64,000 nucleotides of DNA, taken from NCBI GenBank assembly GCA_003138975.1, contig PLHQ01000088.1:1272-65271 (forward strand), in the 5' to 3' direction. The notes beneath the pieces were generated by a model. It did no database searches and was not told the DNA's origin. It saw only the letters and a list, made by a program, of their open reading frames with translations. Source of the stretch: Acidobacteriaceae bacterium (lineage in GTDB: Bacteria; Acidobacteriota; Terriglobia; Terriglobales; Acidobacteriaceae). Positions 30,630 to 40,944 of this stretch are shown here, piece after piece; positions within the stretch are counted from its first letter, which is position 1; each line of letters begins with the position of its first letter. Both the position numbers and the translations under genes were made by a program.

Positions 30630-31706
30630 TTAGTTGTTTGCGCTGTTGTTCTGGTACCAATTTCGCCAAGCTGCGGAGTCGTTGGGCAGGCGTTGCCGGG
30701 TGATGTCGCCCAGGGCCTGGAAGGCCCAGGCGTGGGTCTGGGCATCGAGTGCGGGATCGTCAGAGTAATCAATGAGTTGCGGGACGGCGATGAGCCGCTG
30801 GTGGTGACTTAACATGCCTGACTCCGCCAGACTGCAGGCGGCGCGTTCGCGCACTATTGGGGACGGATCATCGTGCATCGCTTCGAGCAGGGGAGCGATC
30901 GTTGGAGTGGTTCCCACCACAGCCAGGCTTTCGACCGCCCAACGGCGTGCATCTTCGGAAGCCTTGTCCGATCCGCGGTCATTTTTCAGGTGAGCGCTCA
31001 ATACCTGGACTACGCGATCCGTCCCAACGCCACGGTTTGCCAGCAAACCCAGAGTCCAGAAAGCCCAAATCTTTTGCGCGTGATCGGAGGAGGCGGCCTG
31101 CCGCACGAGTGCTTCGACAGTGGACTCGCTCTGGGTGACCCCGTAGGCCGCCAGTTGGACTTCAATGGCGGAATCCCGCACGCTTCTGTCATTGGAGTTG
31201 AGGGCAGCCGTGGTCAGTTCGCCGAGTTGCGCATCCCACTGGAGTTGCCCGCGCCAGGCATCGACGCGCGCTTCGATCTGCGCGGTAGCTCCATCGGAGC
31301 GAGCCATGGCGCGTTCGAGGAGGATTTCCGCTTGCTTTTGCGGCTTCTGACGATCCAGATCGCGATCGGACGGCAGCGCGGAAGAGACACCAAGATCTTT
31401 CCGCAACGAGAATGGAGTGGATAATTTTCCCCAAACCGCGTTTATGCCTCCGGCGCTGGAGACCGCCACCGCGAGTCCGATTCCCGCCATCATGGCGCCG
31501 ATATGGAGCAGGGGCAGATTGGAAACGGTCCTACGATCAGAATCGGAAGATCCGGAAACTGGCGCCGGCGCAAGATCTGACCCCGGACCGAGCGTGCCGT
31601 AATCCGGCGTCGGCTGCAGGCGCGGATCCAGAGGACGAAGAATCCCAGTCCCGTCTTGCCCCGACAAGTTCGGTCGAAAAACATCCATAGCGCCAAGTTT
31701 AGGCAC
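30630..31706 (-). CDS. Membrane-anchored HEAT-repeat protein
   Basis: TM segment; RRWAVESL, DDPSPIVRERAACSL; start uncertain. Confidence 0.72.
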   Translation of the reverse strand: MPKLGAMDVFRPNLSGQDGTGILRPLDPRLQPTPDYGTLGPGSDLAPAPVSGSSDSDRRTVSNLPLLHIGAMMAGIGLAVAVSSAGGINAVWGKLSTPFSLRKDLGVSSALPSDRDLDRQKPQKQAEILLERAMARSDGATAQIEARVDAWRGQLQWDAQLGELTTAALNSNDRSVRDSAIEVQLAAYGVTQSESTVEALVRQAASSDHAQKIWAFWTLGLLANRGVGTDRVVQVLSAHLKNDRGSDKASEDARRWAVESLAVVGTTPTIAPLLEAMHDDPSPIVRERAACSLAESGMLSHHQRLIAVPQLIDYSDDPALDAQTHAWAFQALGDITRQRLPNDSAAWRNWYQNNSANN

Positions 31707-31833
31707 GACGCGGAATAGGGTAAAGTTACTTCAGGACCCAGCCCGATCGAGGTTCGATGTAAGGCGCGGCCACGTGTAGCTCGAAACTGGCATCGGAAGA
31801 AGCGCTGTGGGTCTACAAACTTACGGAGGAAGA

Positions 31834-32874
31834 ATGTCTGCCCAAGGAAATTATTTGCGCCGCTGGTTGTCAGTTTCACTAGTTCTGATTATTGCCGCTG
31901 CCGCTTTGGCTGCGGCTGGCCCGGGTTACAAGGTCGTGAACACTTACAAAGTAGGCGGCGACGGTGGTTGGGATTACTTGACCGCTGACGCGTCGGCGCG
32001 GCGTCTTTATATTTCGCGAGCGACTCATGTCATCGTGCTGGATCTGGATTCTGGAAAGAATGTTGGCGACATCGCAGATACGCAAGGCGTGCATGGCATC
32101 GCCCTCGCTCCGGAACTGGGGCGCGGCTTTACCAGCAACGGACGGGAAGGCACAGTCAGCATTTTTGATTTGCAGACTTTGGCCACCAGCAGCAAAGTGA
32201 AGGTCGGAGAAAATCCAGATGCAATTCTCTACGATCCGGCAACCAAGCGGGTTTTCACGTTCAACGGCCAAAGCCACGACGCGACCGCGCTGGATGCTAA
32301 GAAGGGCACGGTGCTGGGCACGATCAAGCTCGACGGCAAACCAGAGTTCTCGGCCAGTGATGGCAAAGGCGAAGTGTTCGTCAACATTGAAGATAAAAGC
32401 GAGTTGGTGACGATTGATCCCAGCAAACTTGAGGTGAAGTCGAAGTGGCCGCTCGCGCCTTGCGAATCGCCCACGGGATTGTCGATGGACCGGAAAAACC
32501 GCCGGCTGTTCGTGGGCTGCGACAACAAGATGATGGCTGTTGTGGATGCGGATACGGGCAAGGTCCTGGCCACGCCCGCGATTGGCGACGGCGTTGACGC
32601 GACCGCTTTCGACGACGAAACTGGGCTGGCTTTCGCTTCGTGCGGAGAAGGCGTGCTGACGGTGGTGCGTGAGGAGTCGCCGGAGAAATTCAGCGTAGCG
32701 GAAAATGTTGCGACGCAACCGGGCGCGCGTACTCTGGCGCTCGATTCCAAAACGCACAATGTTTATGTGGTCACGGCTAAATTCGGCCCGCCTCCGGCAG
32801 CGACGGCGGATAATCCACATCCGCGGCGCAGCATCGTACCCGATACTTTTGTGGTTCTCGTTGTGGCCGAATGA
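31834..32874 (+). CDS. YncE-family secreted beta-propeller
   Basis: Signal peptide; GGWDYL, GVHGIA, NPDAILYD, GARTLALD. Confidence 0.85.
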   Translation: MSAQGNYLRRWLSVSLVLIIAAAALAAAGPGYKVVNTYKVGGDGGWDYLTADASARRLYISRATHVIVLDLDSGKNVGDIADTQGVHGIALAPELGRGFTSNGREGTVSIFDLQTLATSSKVKVGENPDAILYDPATKRVFTFNGQSHDATALDAKKGTVLGTIKLDGKPEFSASDGKGEVFVNIEDKSELVTIDPSKLEVKSKWPLAPCESPTGLSMDRKNRRLFVGCDNKMMAVVDADTGKVLATPAIGDGVDATAFDDETGLAFASCGEGVLTVVREESPEKFSVAENVATQPGARTLALDSKTHNVYVVTAKFGPPPAATADNPHPRRSIVPDTFVVLVVAE

Positions 32875-32968
32875 GGTGCGGTTTCTATTCCTCGCGAGCT
32901 GCCATTTGGCTGGCGCTGGCGATTGGGTTGGCGCAAGTCTGTGCGGTGCAGACCTGCGCGTCGTTCTC

Positions 32969-33562
32969 TTACCTCATGCTCGCGGGGATCGCGCCATTCT
33001 TGAACATTTCAAACCACATCCGCATGTCGGCTTCGCCGTAGATTCCTAGCTCGCGGATCACCTCGCGGGCGAATTCCACGCTCCCTAGTCCGCTTGCCGT
33101 GATGATCTTGTGATCGGTCACTGCTAATTCATCCACGTAAAAAGGCTCATCCTTGTACTCCGGAACCATTTTCTTCAAATAGCTCTTCGCGTTACTGGTG
33201 TGGCGAACGCCAGCCGTCAACCCTGCGCGGGCAATTTCCAACGTTGCCGCGCACAACGCGCCAATCAGGATGTCCTCCGCATGCAACCGCCGGAGAAGTT
33301 CATCCACCTTCCCGTCTGGCCCTTTCTCCCACTGGGCTCCACCCGGCAGAATGAAAATCGCGGTTTCGCGTGGCTCGATCTCGTCCTCATCCATGGCGAT
33401 GTCAGGCACTACCCTGAGTCCCCCCATCGTCACCACGGTCTCGCGCGAACGTCCTGCCGTCAGTACTTCGTACTTGTCGGATTTCCGGATCTCGCACAGA
33501 GCCAGCGCCGGCTCCCAATCCGCCAGCCCGTCAAACACGAAGAGGTATGCCTTCAGTTTCAT
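32969..33562 (-). CDS. DJ-1/PfpI family protein
   Basis: DGLADWE, LPGG, ALCAAT, ITASG. Confidence 0.88.
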   Translation of the reverse strand: MKLKAYLFVFDGLADWEPALALCEIRKSDKYEVLTAGRSRETVVTMGGLRVVPDIAMDEDEIEPRETAIFILPGGAQWEKGPDGKVDELLRRLHAEDILIGALCAATLEIARAGLTAGVRHTSNAKSYLKKMVPEYKDEPFYVDELAVTDHKIITASGLGSVEFAREVIRELGIYGEADMRMWFEMFKNGAIPASMR

Positions 33563-33802
33563 GCTCGGCATCTCCGTATCTCAATCGTCCGCTGGGCGCT
33601 CGCCCATCGGAGGTTGATCCAAGAAGAATACCTGTCGAAACCACTTTGCGCGAACCACATCCCTTCTTCGAACTGAACCCGGAACGACCGTTCGGTTGTC
33701 AAACATCAACCCTCCATGTATCATCGCAAAACTTTAATGACCCTCTGCAGTCGGCTCTGTGTTCGCGCGCCAACTGCGCCAGGGTTTCCGAGGATTTTAC
33801 GG

Positions 33803-34570
33803 ATGACAGTTGGGGACGAGAAATTTTACCGGGCACGGGTCACCAAGCGGGTGGAGTTCGCACCTGACCTGTGGATGATTCGCATCCAGCCCGGCGGGGA
33901 GTTCAAGTTTGTCCCGGGCCAGTATGCCACGCTCGGTGTGGAGCACGATGGCAAGCGGACGGAGCGTCCGTATTCGATTGCCTCGGCGCCTTTTGAAAAT
34001 GAAATTGAATTCTTCTTTGAGCTGGTGCCTGAGGGAGCACTGACGCCTCGCCTTTACAAACTGCAACCGGGCGACGAACTGCTGATGCGGAGAATACCAA
34101 AAGGCAAATTCACGCTCGATACGGAGAGCGGCCGGAAGCATCATCTGTTGGTTTCAACGGTGACCGGAGTGGCTCCGTTTGTAAGTTTTGTACGGACGCT
34201 TTCGAGAGACTGGAAAGAAGGCCGCTTTGATGGCAGCCACCAACTCTACCTGCTCAACGGCGCCAGCCGGCCATGGGAGTTCGGCTACAAAGAGGAATTG
34301 AACCGCTTCGACGCGGAACTGCCCTGGTTCAAATATGTGCCCACCGTGAGCCGGCCGTGGGATCACGCAGACTGGCCGGGTGAAATCGGCCGCGCCGACG
34401 ATGTGCTGCGCAAGTATGCTGACCACTGGGAACTCGACGCCACGAATACCACGGCATATTTGTGCGGGCATCCAGACATGATCGCGAACAGCAAGGCAAT
34501 CTTGAAGCGGCGCGGCTTCGTCGACAGGACGGCAATCAAGGAAGAGATTTACTGGATTCCGGCGAAGTAG
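33803..34570 (+). CDS. fpr: Ferredoxin-NADP+ reductase, bacterial type
   Basis: RPYSIAS, GALTP, TGVAPF, YLCGHPDM, EIYW. Confidence 0.88.
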   Translation: MTVGDEKFYRARVTKRVEFAPDLWMIRIQPGGEFKFVPGQYATLGVEHDGKRTERPYSIASAPFENEIEFFFELVPEGALTPRLYKLQPGDELLMRRIPKGKFTLDTESGRKHHLLVSTVTGVAPFVSFVRTLSRDWKEGRFDGSHQLYLLNGASRPWEFGYKEELNRFDAELPWFKYVPTVSRPWDHADWPGEIGRADDVLRKYADHWELDATNTTAYLCGHPDMIANSKAILKRRGFVDRTAIKEEIYWIPAK

Positions 34571-34578
34571 TGACGATG

Positions 34579-34902
34579 TTAGCTTTCGGCGGGCGCGAAA
34601 AGAACCAGCACCGCTAATTCTTCCATCACATCGTAAAAATGATGCTCCACTTCGGCCGCGACGAAGATCACACTGCCCGCGGACACTTCGCGGTTTTCTT
34701 CGTCAACTTTGAAGCGGGCTCGTCCGCGGACGACATAATAGATCTCATCTTCATGGTGCGGCCTCTGCAGGTCCGTGGCACCAGCGGGCAGGACGTAAAT
34801 TCCGGCGCTCATCGCTGGCACGCGAAGGAATTCGCGGTACAACTTGCCGCTCCGCGCCCGCTGTTGATCGATCTCGGAGATGCTGGCGAAGAGAGTTTTC
34901 AC
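34579..34902 (-). CDS. Cupin domain protein
   Basis: PHHEDEIYYV...EHHF; GTGA overlap with the TetR stop. Confidence 0.85.
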   Translation of the reverse strand: MKTLFASISEIDQQRARSGKLYREFLRVPAMSAGIYVLPAGATDLQRPHHEDEIYYVVRGRARFKVDEENREVSAGSVIFVAAEVEHHFYDVMEELAVLVLFAPAES

Positions 34903-35498
34903 GCGAAGATCCCTCCAAAAATAAGATCGGTAAATTGCGGAATGAGATTCTGCGCCTGCAGGTCGCCTTCCGGCTTGTACCACTGATAAATCCAGTTGAT
35001 CATGCCGAGCAGGGCGAAGGCGGCTGCGCGCGGGCTGACCTTTGCTTTTGCCCGATGTGCATGCCGGGATTTGTTTTGCACTTCCGCCATCAGGTTTTCG
35101 AGGAAGTGGATATAGTCCTTTTTGCGGGAATTGATGCGTTTACGCAACGACGGTGGCAGAGGATGGTTTTCGTGGAGCATCACCGTGATCTCGCGATCGC
35201 GCGGGCTGAGCACAACTTCTATGTGCAACCGGATGAGGGCGCGCAGCCGGTCTTCGGGATCGGCAATTGCACGCACGGGATTGAGCACGCGTTCGTCAGT
35301 GATCTCCATAGCGTGGTTCATGATCTCGAACAGGATCTCGTCCTTGCTCTGAAAGTGATGGTAGAGGCCGCCCTTGCTCAGTTTGAGGGCGGCGGCAACA
35401 TCGTTCATGGAAGTAGCGTCATAGCCGCGCTGCTGGAACAGACGGGCGGCGGTGCGCAGAATTTCCTGCCGGGAGTCAACCACGGTCTCGCGGGTCAT
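34899..35498 (-). CDS. TetR family regulator (KstR2/PaaR-like C-terminus)
   Basis: ARLFQQRGY...SKGGLYHHFQSK; GMINWIYQWYKP. Confidence 0.92.
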   Translation of the reverse strand: MTRETVVDSRQEILRTAARLFQQRGYDATSMNDVAAALKLSKGGLYHHFQSKDEILFEIMNHAMEITDERVLNPVRAIADPEDRLRALIRLHIEVVLSPRDREITVMLHENHPLPPSLRKRINSRKKDYIHFLENLMAEVQNKSRHAHRAKAKVSPRAAAFALLGMINWIYQWYKPEGDLQAQNLIPQFTDLIFGGIFA

Positions 35499-35600
35499 CG
35501 GGTGACATGGTAACTACTTCGGGAGCGGATTGCCAACGCGCCGGCAGAGCGTTCCGGAGGGGTTACGGCGGCGTGCACACTCCCGCGTGCACATTCCCGC

Positions 35601-35655
35601 TTGACAGGGACTCCGGGCGAAGGTAGCATCTCCGGATACCGACCGACCGGTCGGT
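35601..35655 (+). promoter_or_regulatory. ilvC promoter and perfect palindromic operator
   Basis: TTGACA (35601), 17 bp spacer, TAGCAT (35624); ACCGACCGGTCGGT at 35642-35655. Confidence 0.75.
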
Positions 35656-35757
35656 ACGCACAGAGGATTCCCGCTATTTTGGCTTGGATCCTTAGGAAGC
35701 AAGGGTATCTTTACTTCCTTTGTTCGACGAGACAAGTGCAACGAGAGGAGCACAGTG

Positions 35758-36810
35758 GTGGCTACTATCTTTTATGAACACGACGCCAATCCGAATGCCC
35801 TGAAGGGCAAAACCATTGCCATCCTGGGCTACGGCAGCCAGGGACACGCGCAGGCGCAGAACCTGCGCGACAGCGGCTGCAAGGTAATTGTGGGGCTGGA
35901 ACCGAATCGCCCCAGCGTGCAGCAGGCCCGCGCCGATGGCATGGTGGTGGTCGCGCCGGATGAGGCCGCCAAGCGCGCCGACTGGATTCACGTGCTCACG
36001 CCCGACGAGACCCAGGCTGCTGTTTACGAGCAGTACATCAAGCCCTATCTGCATCCCGGAAAAATTCTCGGATTCTCGCACGGCTTCAGCATTCATTTCA
36101 AGACGATCGTCCCGCCGAATGATGTGGATGTGGTGATGATTGCGCCCAAGAGCCCTGGCCATCTGCTGCGGCGGGTGTACGCCGAAGGGCGCGGCGTGCC
36201 ATCGCTCATCGCGATCCAACAGGACTCGAGCAAACGCGCTCACGAGTACGCGCTGGCCTATGCGTATGGTATTGGCTCAACCCGCGCGGGCGTGCTGCAG
36301 ACTACATTCCAGGAAGAAACGGAAAGCGATCTTTTCGGCGAGCAGGCCGTGCTGTGCGGCGGTCTGACTTCATTGATCAAGAAGGGATTCGAGACCCTGG
36401 TGGAAGCCGGCTACGCGCCCGAGATTGCCTATTTTGAGTGTCTGCATGAGATGAAGCTGATCGTCGACTTGATCTACGAAGGTGGATTGAGCCGGATGCG
36501 GTACTCGATTTCGAATACTGCTGAGTATGGCGACCTGACGCGCGGCGAAAAAGTTGTGGGCGATGCTACGCGGGCCGCCATGAAGAAGACTCTGGCCGAC
36601 ATTCAGGATGGAACCTTCGCCCGCGAGTGGATCAAGGAAAACAAGGACGGCGGTTACAACTTCGCGTCGTTGCGCGAAAGAGAGCAGCAGCATCCCATCG
36701 AGATTGTGGGTGCACAGTTGCGCGGCATGATGAGTTGGCTGCCCGGCAAGGAAGCAAAGAAGCCGGCGAATGCGCCGAAACCCGAACCTGAACAGGTCGT
36801 GAATGCTTAA
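35758..36810 (+). CDS. ilvC: Ketol-acid reductoisomerase
   Basis: [37 protein letters not shown]. Confidence 0.97.
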   Translation: MATIFYEHDANPNALKGKTIAILGYGSQGHAQAQNLRDSGCKVIVGLEPNRPSVQQARADGMVVVAPDEAAKRADWIHVLTPDETQAAVYEQYIKPYLHPGKILGFSHGFSIHFKTIVPPNDVDVVMIAPKSPGHLLRRVYAEGRGVPSLIAIQQDSSKRAHEYALAYAYGIGSTRAGVLQTTFQEETESDLFGEQAVLCGGLTSLIKKGFETLVEAGYAPEIAYFECLHEMKLIVDLIYEGGLSRMRYSISNTAEYGDLTRGEKVVGDATRAAMKKTLADIQDGTFAREWIKENKDGGYNFASLREREQQHPIEIVGAQLRGMMSWLPGKEAKKPANAPKPEPEQVVNA

Positions 36811-38497
36811 GGGAGCCGAAATCGTTTTGCGGTGCGTGCGCGCCGAAGGGGTGGACCTGGTGTTCGGTTATCCCGGAGGTGCGATCATGCCGTTGTATGA
36901 CGCTTTGGACGGCAGCGGCATTCGGCATGTTCTCACGCGGCACGAGCAGGGCGCGGCGTTTGCGGCGGAAGGCTATGCGCGGGTTACTGGAAAAGTTGGC
37001 GTGGCGATCGCGACCAGCGGTCCCGGCGCGACCAATCTGGTGACTGGCATCGCCGACGCCAAGATGGATTCGGTTCCCCTGGTCTGCATCACGGGGCAAG
37101 TACGCAGCGCGATGATCGGCACCGATGCATTTCAAGAGACCGACGTTTTCGGTCTGACGCTTTCGCTAACCAAGTGGAACCGGCTGGTGCGAACGATCGA
37201 CGAAATCCCGGAAGTGATCGCGGAGGGATTCCACTGGGCGCGCAGCGGGCGGCCGGGGCCCGTGGTCATCGATATTCCGACCGATCTGCTGAAGGCCAAG
37301 AAAGAATTCTCCGGTCCGGTTAAGTTCGCTCCGCACGCGCGTCCGGCCGATGCGAACGCCGAAGGCGCATTCAGCGACACGATTGTGGCCTTGCTGCAAC
37401 GGGCGACGAGGCCGGTCGCGCTGGTAGGCGCGGGCGCAAAGCTTTCCGGAGCGGTTCCGGAATTGCGGCGGTTGCTCGACGATTTGAATATCCCGGCCTT
37501 CGCAACCGTACACGGGCTGGGCGCTGTTCCACCACAATCGCCATATTACTTGGGCATGGTGGGCATGCACGGAACGCGCGCGGCCAACATGGCGCTGCAC
37601 GAGACCGATCTGCTGCTGGTTTTCGGAGCGCGCCTGGACGATCGCGTTACCGGCGATCCTACGCAGTTTGCGCCGCACGCCAAGATCATCCACTTTGAAA
37701 TTGATCCGGCGCAGCTTGATCGTGTGCGAGCTTGCCAGTTGCCAGTGATCGGAAATCTTGCGGATACGATTCCCGCATTTCACGAAGAGCTACGAAACGC
37801 TTCCCTGCCCGACTGGAGCGACTGGCGCGCGGTGGCTTGCGGACGCGAGCGGGCGGAACTTGACCCGCGGGGATTGGCCCAGCCCACAATGCGGTTTCTT
37901 GATGAACTCTTCAGCCGGCTGCCGCAAGACAACGTCGTGATTGCCGACGTAGGCCAGCACCAGATGTGGGCGGCGCAGCGGTATCGTTCTTCGTCACCGC
38001 GCGGGTTTATTACCTCGGGCGGCCTGGGAGCGATGGGTTTCGCCCTGCCCGCCGCGGTCGGAGTGCAACTGGCGAAGCCAGAAACCTGCGTGCTGTGCGT
38101 TTCCGGTGATGGCGGCTTCCAGATGAACATTCAGGAACTGGCTACGGTACACCGGCTAGGACTGCCCATAAAAATGGTGATCGTGGACAACAAATATCTG
38201 GGCATGGTTCGGCAGTGGCAGCAGCTTTTCTACGAGCGCAACTATGCCGAAACCGATTTGAGCGACAACCCGGATTTTGTGGAGATTGCCAAAGCTTACA
38301 AAATTCATGGATGGCGGTTGAACGAAGCCGCCATGGCGGAGTATCCGGTATCGGCGGAGACAGGAGATCGGATCGAGAACTTCCTGCGCTCGCCGGAGCC
38401 AGAGTTGCTGGTATTTGATTGCCACCCTGAGGCCAATGTGTATCCCATGGTTCCCGCGGGAGCGGCGCTTTCGGAGATGGTGTTCGGGGACAAATAA
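36803..38497 (+). CDS. ilvB: Acetolactate synthase large subunit
   Basis: [31 protein letters not shown]. Confidence 0.95.
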   Translation: MLKGAEIVLRCVRAEGVDLVFGYPGGAIMPLYDALDGSGIRHVLTRHEQGAAFAAEGYARVTGKVGVAIATSGPGATNLVTGIADAKMDSVPLVCITGQVRSAMIGTDAFQETDVFGLTLSLTKWNRLVRTIDEIPEVIAEGFHWARSGRPGPVVIDIPTDLLKAKKEFSGPVKFAPHARPADANAEGAFSDTIVALLQRATRPVALVGAGAKLSGAVPELRRLLDDLNIPAFATVHGLGAVPPQSPYYLGMVGMHGTRAANMALHETDLLLVFGARLDDRVTGDPTQFAPHAKIIHFEIDPAQLDRVRACQLPVIGNLADTIPAFHEELRNASLPDWSDWRAVACGRERAELDPRGLAQPTMRFLDELFSRLPQDNVVIADVGQHQMWAAQRYRSSSPRGFITSGGLGAMGFALPAAVGVQLAKPETCVLCVSGDGGFQMNIQELATVHRLGLPIKMVIVDNKYLGMVRQWQQLFYERNYAETDLSDNPDFVEIAKAYKIHGWRLNEAAMAEYPVSAETGDRIENFLRSPEPELLVFDCHPEANVYPMVPAGAALSEMVFGDK

Positions 38498-38527
38498 GAG
38501 AAGACGAATAAACGGATCTACGAGGAA

Positions 38528-38848
38528 ATGACCATGCAAGTCTTTCACATCCGCTATCGCAACGCGCAAGGCGCATTGATGCGCATACTAAATGCAATTT
38601 CCCGCAGGGGGCTCGATCTTACATCGGTGCGCGCAGAAGCTGCCGTGCAAGACCACGCGGTGACCGTCCTGCTCGACGTCACGCACACGCAGATCGGCCA
38701 GCTTTGCCGGGAATGGTATGCAATCGTGGATGTAATCGATGTACGTTCCAGCGCGGCTCTCCGCCAGCATGGAGATGGTGAGTGGGCGCCGCTTCCGCCG
38801 GGCTCGGCGAGTATTGCTGAGCAGTCGGCGCGTGCTGCCTTGGCATAA
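38528..38848 (+). CDS. ACT-domain acetolactate synthase small subunit (IlvM-like)
   Basis: GALMRILNAISRRG; lies directly after ilvB. Confidence 0.75.
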   Translation: MTMQVFHIRYRNAQGALMRILNAISRRGLDLTSVRAEAAVQDHAVTVLLDVTHTQIGQLCREWYAIVDVIDVRSSAALRQHGDGEWAPLPPGSASIAEQSARAALA

Positions 38849-39027
38849 GTTCCGGTTTGATCGTGTCAGAGCGTGATGCCTCCTGGGTAGCATCATGCCA
38901 GTTGGGGAAGCTGTAATCGAGTGCGCCTCCTGACGTCACTTGATCGCAGATTCCCCGTTTTTCTTGATTTTGCTCCGCCCGAATCTTTAACCTCTGTTGT
39001 AATCTTTCGCCATGTATCTTAAGCATT

Positions 39028-40704
39028 ATGGATCTTAAGCATCGCAGCCGCGGAATCACCGACGGGCGCGACCGGGCTCCGGCGCGTTCCATGTTCAAGG
39101 CCATCGGCTTCACTGACGCCGATCTTCGCAAGCCCCTGATCGGCGTGGCCAACACCTGGATCGAAACCATGCCTTGCAATTTTCACTTACGGCGGCTCTC
39201 CGCCAAAGTGAAAGAAGGCATCCGCGCCGCCGGCGGCACGCCCATGGAATTCAATACCATCGCGATTTCCGATGGCGAAACCATGGGCACCGAAGGTATG
39301 CGCGCTTCCCTGGTCAGCCGCGAACTCATCGCCGATTCCATTGAACTGGTTTGTCGCGGGCAAATGTTCGACGCAGTGGTCTGCGTAGTGGGATGCGACA
39401 AGACGATCCCCGCGGCGGCCATGGCGCTAGCCCGCATGGATCTTCCCGGACTTATTCTTTATGGCGGGACCATTGCTGCCGGCAGCTATCGCGGCAAAGA
39501 TGTCACGATCCAAGATGTGTTTGAAGCTGTGGGGGCGAATGCCGCCGGGAAGATTTCCGACCAGGAATTGCACGACCTTGAAAACGTGGCCTGTCCCGGC
39601 GCCGGCGCCTGCGGAGGCCAGTACACCGCAAACACCATGTCCACCGTGATGGAGATGATCGGCCTTTCTCCCATGGGCTTCAACAGCGTTCCCGCGATGG
39701 ATGCGAAGAAGGACCAAATTGCTTTCGACTGCGGCAAGGTAGCACTGAATCTGCTGCAAGAGGGAATCCGTCCGCGAGAAATCCTTACGCGCGATGCATT
39801 CGAAAATGCGATCGCATCCGTGGCTGCAACCGGCGGATCGACTAACGCAGTGCTGCACCTGCTGGCCATCGCGCGCGAAGCTGACGTCGATTTGCAGATT
39901 GACGATTTTCAGAAGGTGAGCGAGCGCACGCCGCTGCTTGCCGATCTGAAGCCTTCCGGACGTTTTGTGGCGGCGGACATGCACCACGCAGGCGGAGTGC
40001 GCTTGCTGGCCCGGCGACTGCTGCACGGAAACCATATTCACCCTGGGGCGAAAACAGTCACCGGTCGTTCCCTTGGGGCCGAGAGCGAGAGTGCCATTGA
40101 ATCTCCCGGGCAGGAGGTAATTGCGCCGCTGCAAAGGCCGCTGAAGCAAACCGGGGGCCTCGTCGTACTGAAAGGAAATCTTGCGCCCGAAGGATGTGTG
40201 GCCAAGATCAGCGGGCATGAGAGGCTGGAGCATCGTGGTCCGGCGCGCGTCTTTGAGTCAGAAGAAGATGCCATGACTGCGGTAACCAACAAGAAAATTC
40301 AATCCAGGGATGTCGTCGTCATTCGTAACGAAGGCCCCAAGGGCGGACCGGGTATGCGCGAAATGCTAAGTGTTACGGGCGCAATTGTGGGCGAGGGATT
40401 GGGATCATCGGTTGCGCTGTTAACCGACGGCCGCTTCAGCGGCGCCACACACGGGCTTATGGCGGGCCACGTCTCGCCGGAAGCCGCGCTCGGCGGACCG
40501 ATCGCCGCCGTGCGGGATGGAGACATAATCCGCTTCGACGTTAAACGGCGACTTTTGGAAGTGGAGATAAGCGACGAAGTTATTCGCCAACGAATGAAAG
40601 AATGGAATGCGCCGCAGCCGCGCTATCCGACCGGCGTGTTCGCCAAGTACGCAGCTCTTGTTTCATCGGCCTCCCAAGGGGCGATCACACGGCCGCCGAA
40701 ATGA
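39028..40704 (+). CDS. ilvD: Dihydroxy-acid dehydratase
   Basis: PCNFHL, CDKTIP, CGGQYTANTM, TDGRFSG. Confidence 0.97.
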   Translation: MDLKHRSRGITDGRDRAPARSMFKAIGFTDADLRKPLIGVANTWIETMPCNFHLRRLSAKVKEGIRAAGGTPMEFNTIAISDGETMGTEGMRASLVSRELIADSIELVCRGQMFDAVVCVVGCDKTIPAAAMALARMDLPGLILYGGTIAAGSYRGKDVTIQDVFEAVGANAAGKISDQELHDLENVACPGAGACGGQYTANTMSTVMEMIGLSPMGFNSVPAMDAKKDQIAFDCGKVALNLLQEGIRPREILTRDAFENAIASVAATGGSTNAVLHLLAIAREADVDLQIDDFQKVSERTPLLADLKPSGRFVAADMHHAGGVRLLARRLLHGNHIHPGAKTVTGRSLGAESESAIESPGQEVIAPLQRPLKQTGGLVVLKGNLAPEGCVAKISGHERLEHRGPARVFESEEDAMTAVTNKKIQSRDVVVIRNEGPKGGPGMREMLSVTGAIVGEGLGSSVALLTDGRFSGATHGLMAGHVSPEAALGGPIAAVRDGDIIRFDVKRRLLEVEISDEVIRQRMKEWNAPQPRYPTGVFAKYAALVSSASQGAITRPPK

Positions 40705-40745
40705 ACGATTGACTCTTCCATTGGTCTTAATGGTCTTAGACGAAC

Positions 40746-40800
40746 GAGGAGCGGCAGTAGCCGCTCCTACCGCGCGCAACAGAGAGGCGAAAGTCCCTAC
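40746..40800. repeat. GTAG-type REP hairpin(s) after ilvD
   Basis: aggagcggc-agta-gccgctcctac, with a second cctac ending at 40800. Confidence 0.5.
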
Positions 40801-40944
40801 CGTTCAAACAACGGCCTTCCCTGCAGTCGCTTGCCCGAGTCTGAAGGGGGCACGTTGGTGGTAGTTCGTTTGGGTAAGGATCGCGCTATACTACGCAGAC
40901 CTTGCTTCCCCCAAGCAGGAACATCGTTCAGGGCATTAGAAAGC

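Noticed and set aside
40701..40830. Leu/Val-rich attenuator peptide near ilv
   Set aside because: It lies downstream of ilvD, lacks a proper start and U-tract, and the hairpin fits a GTAG REP better
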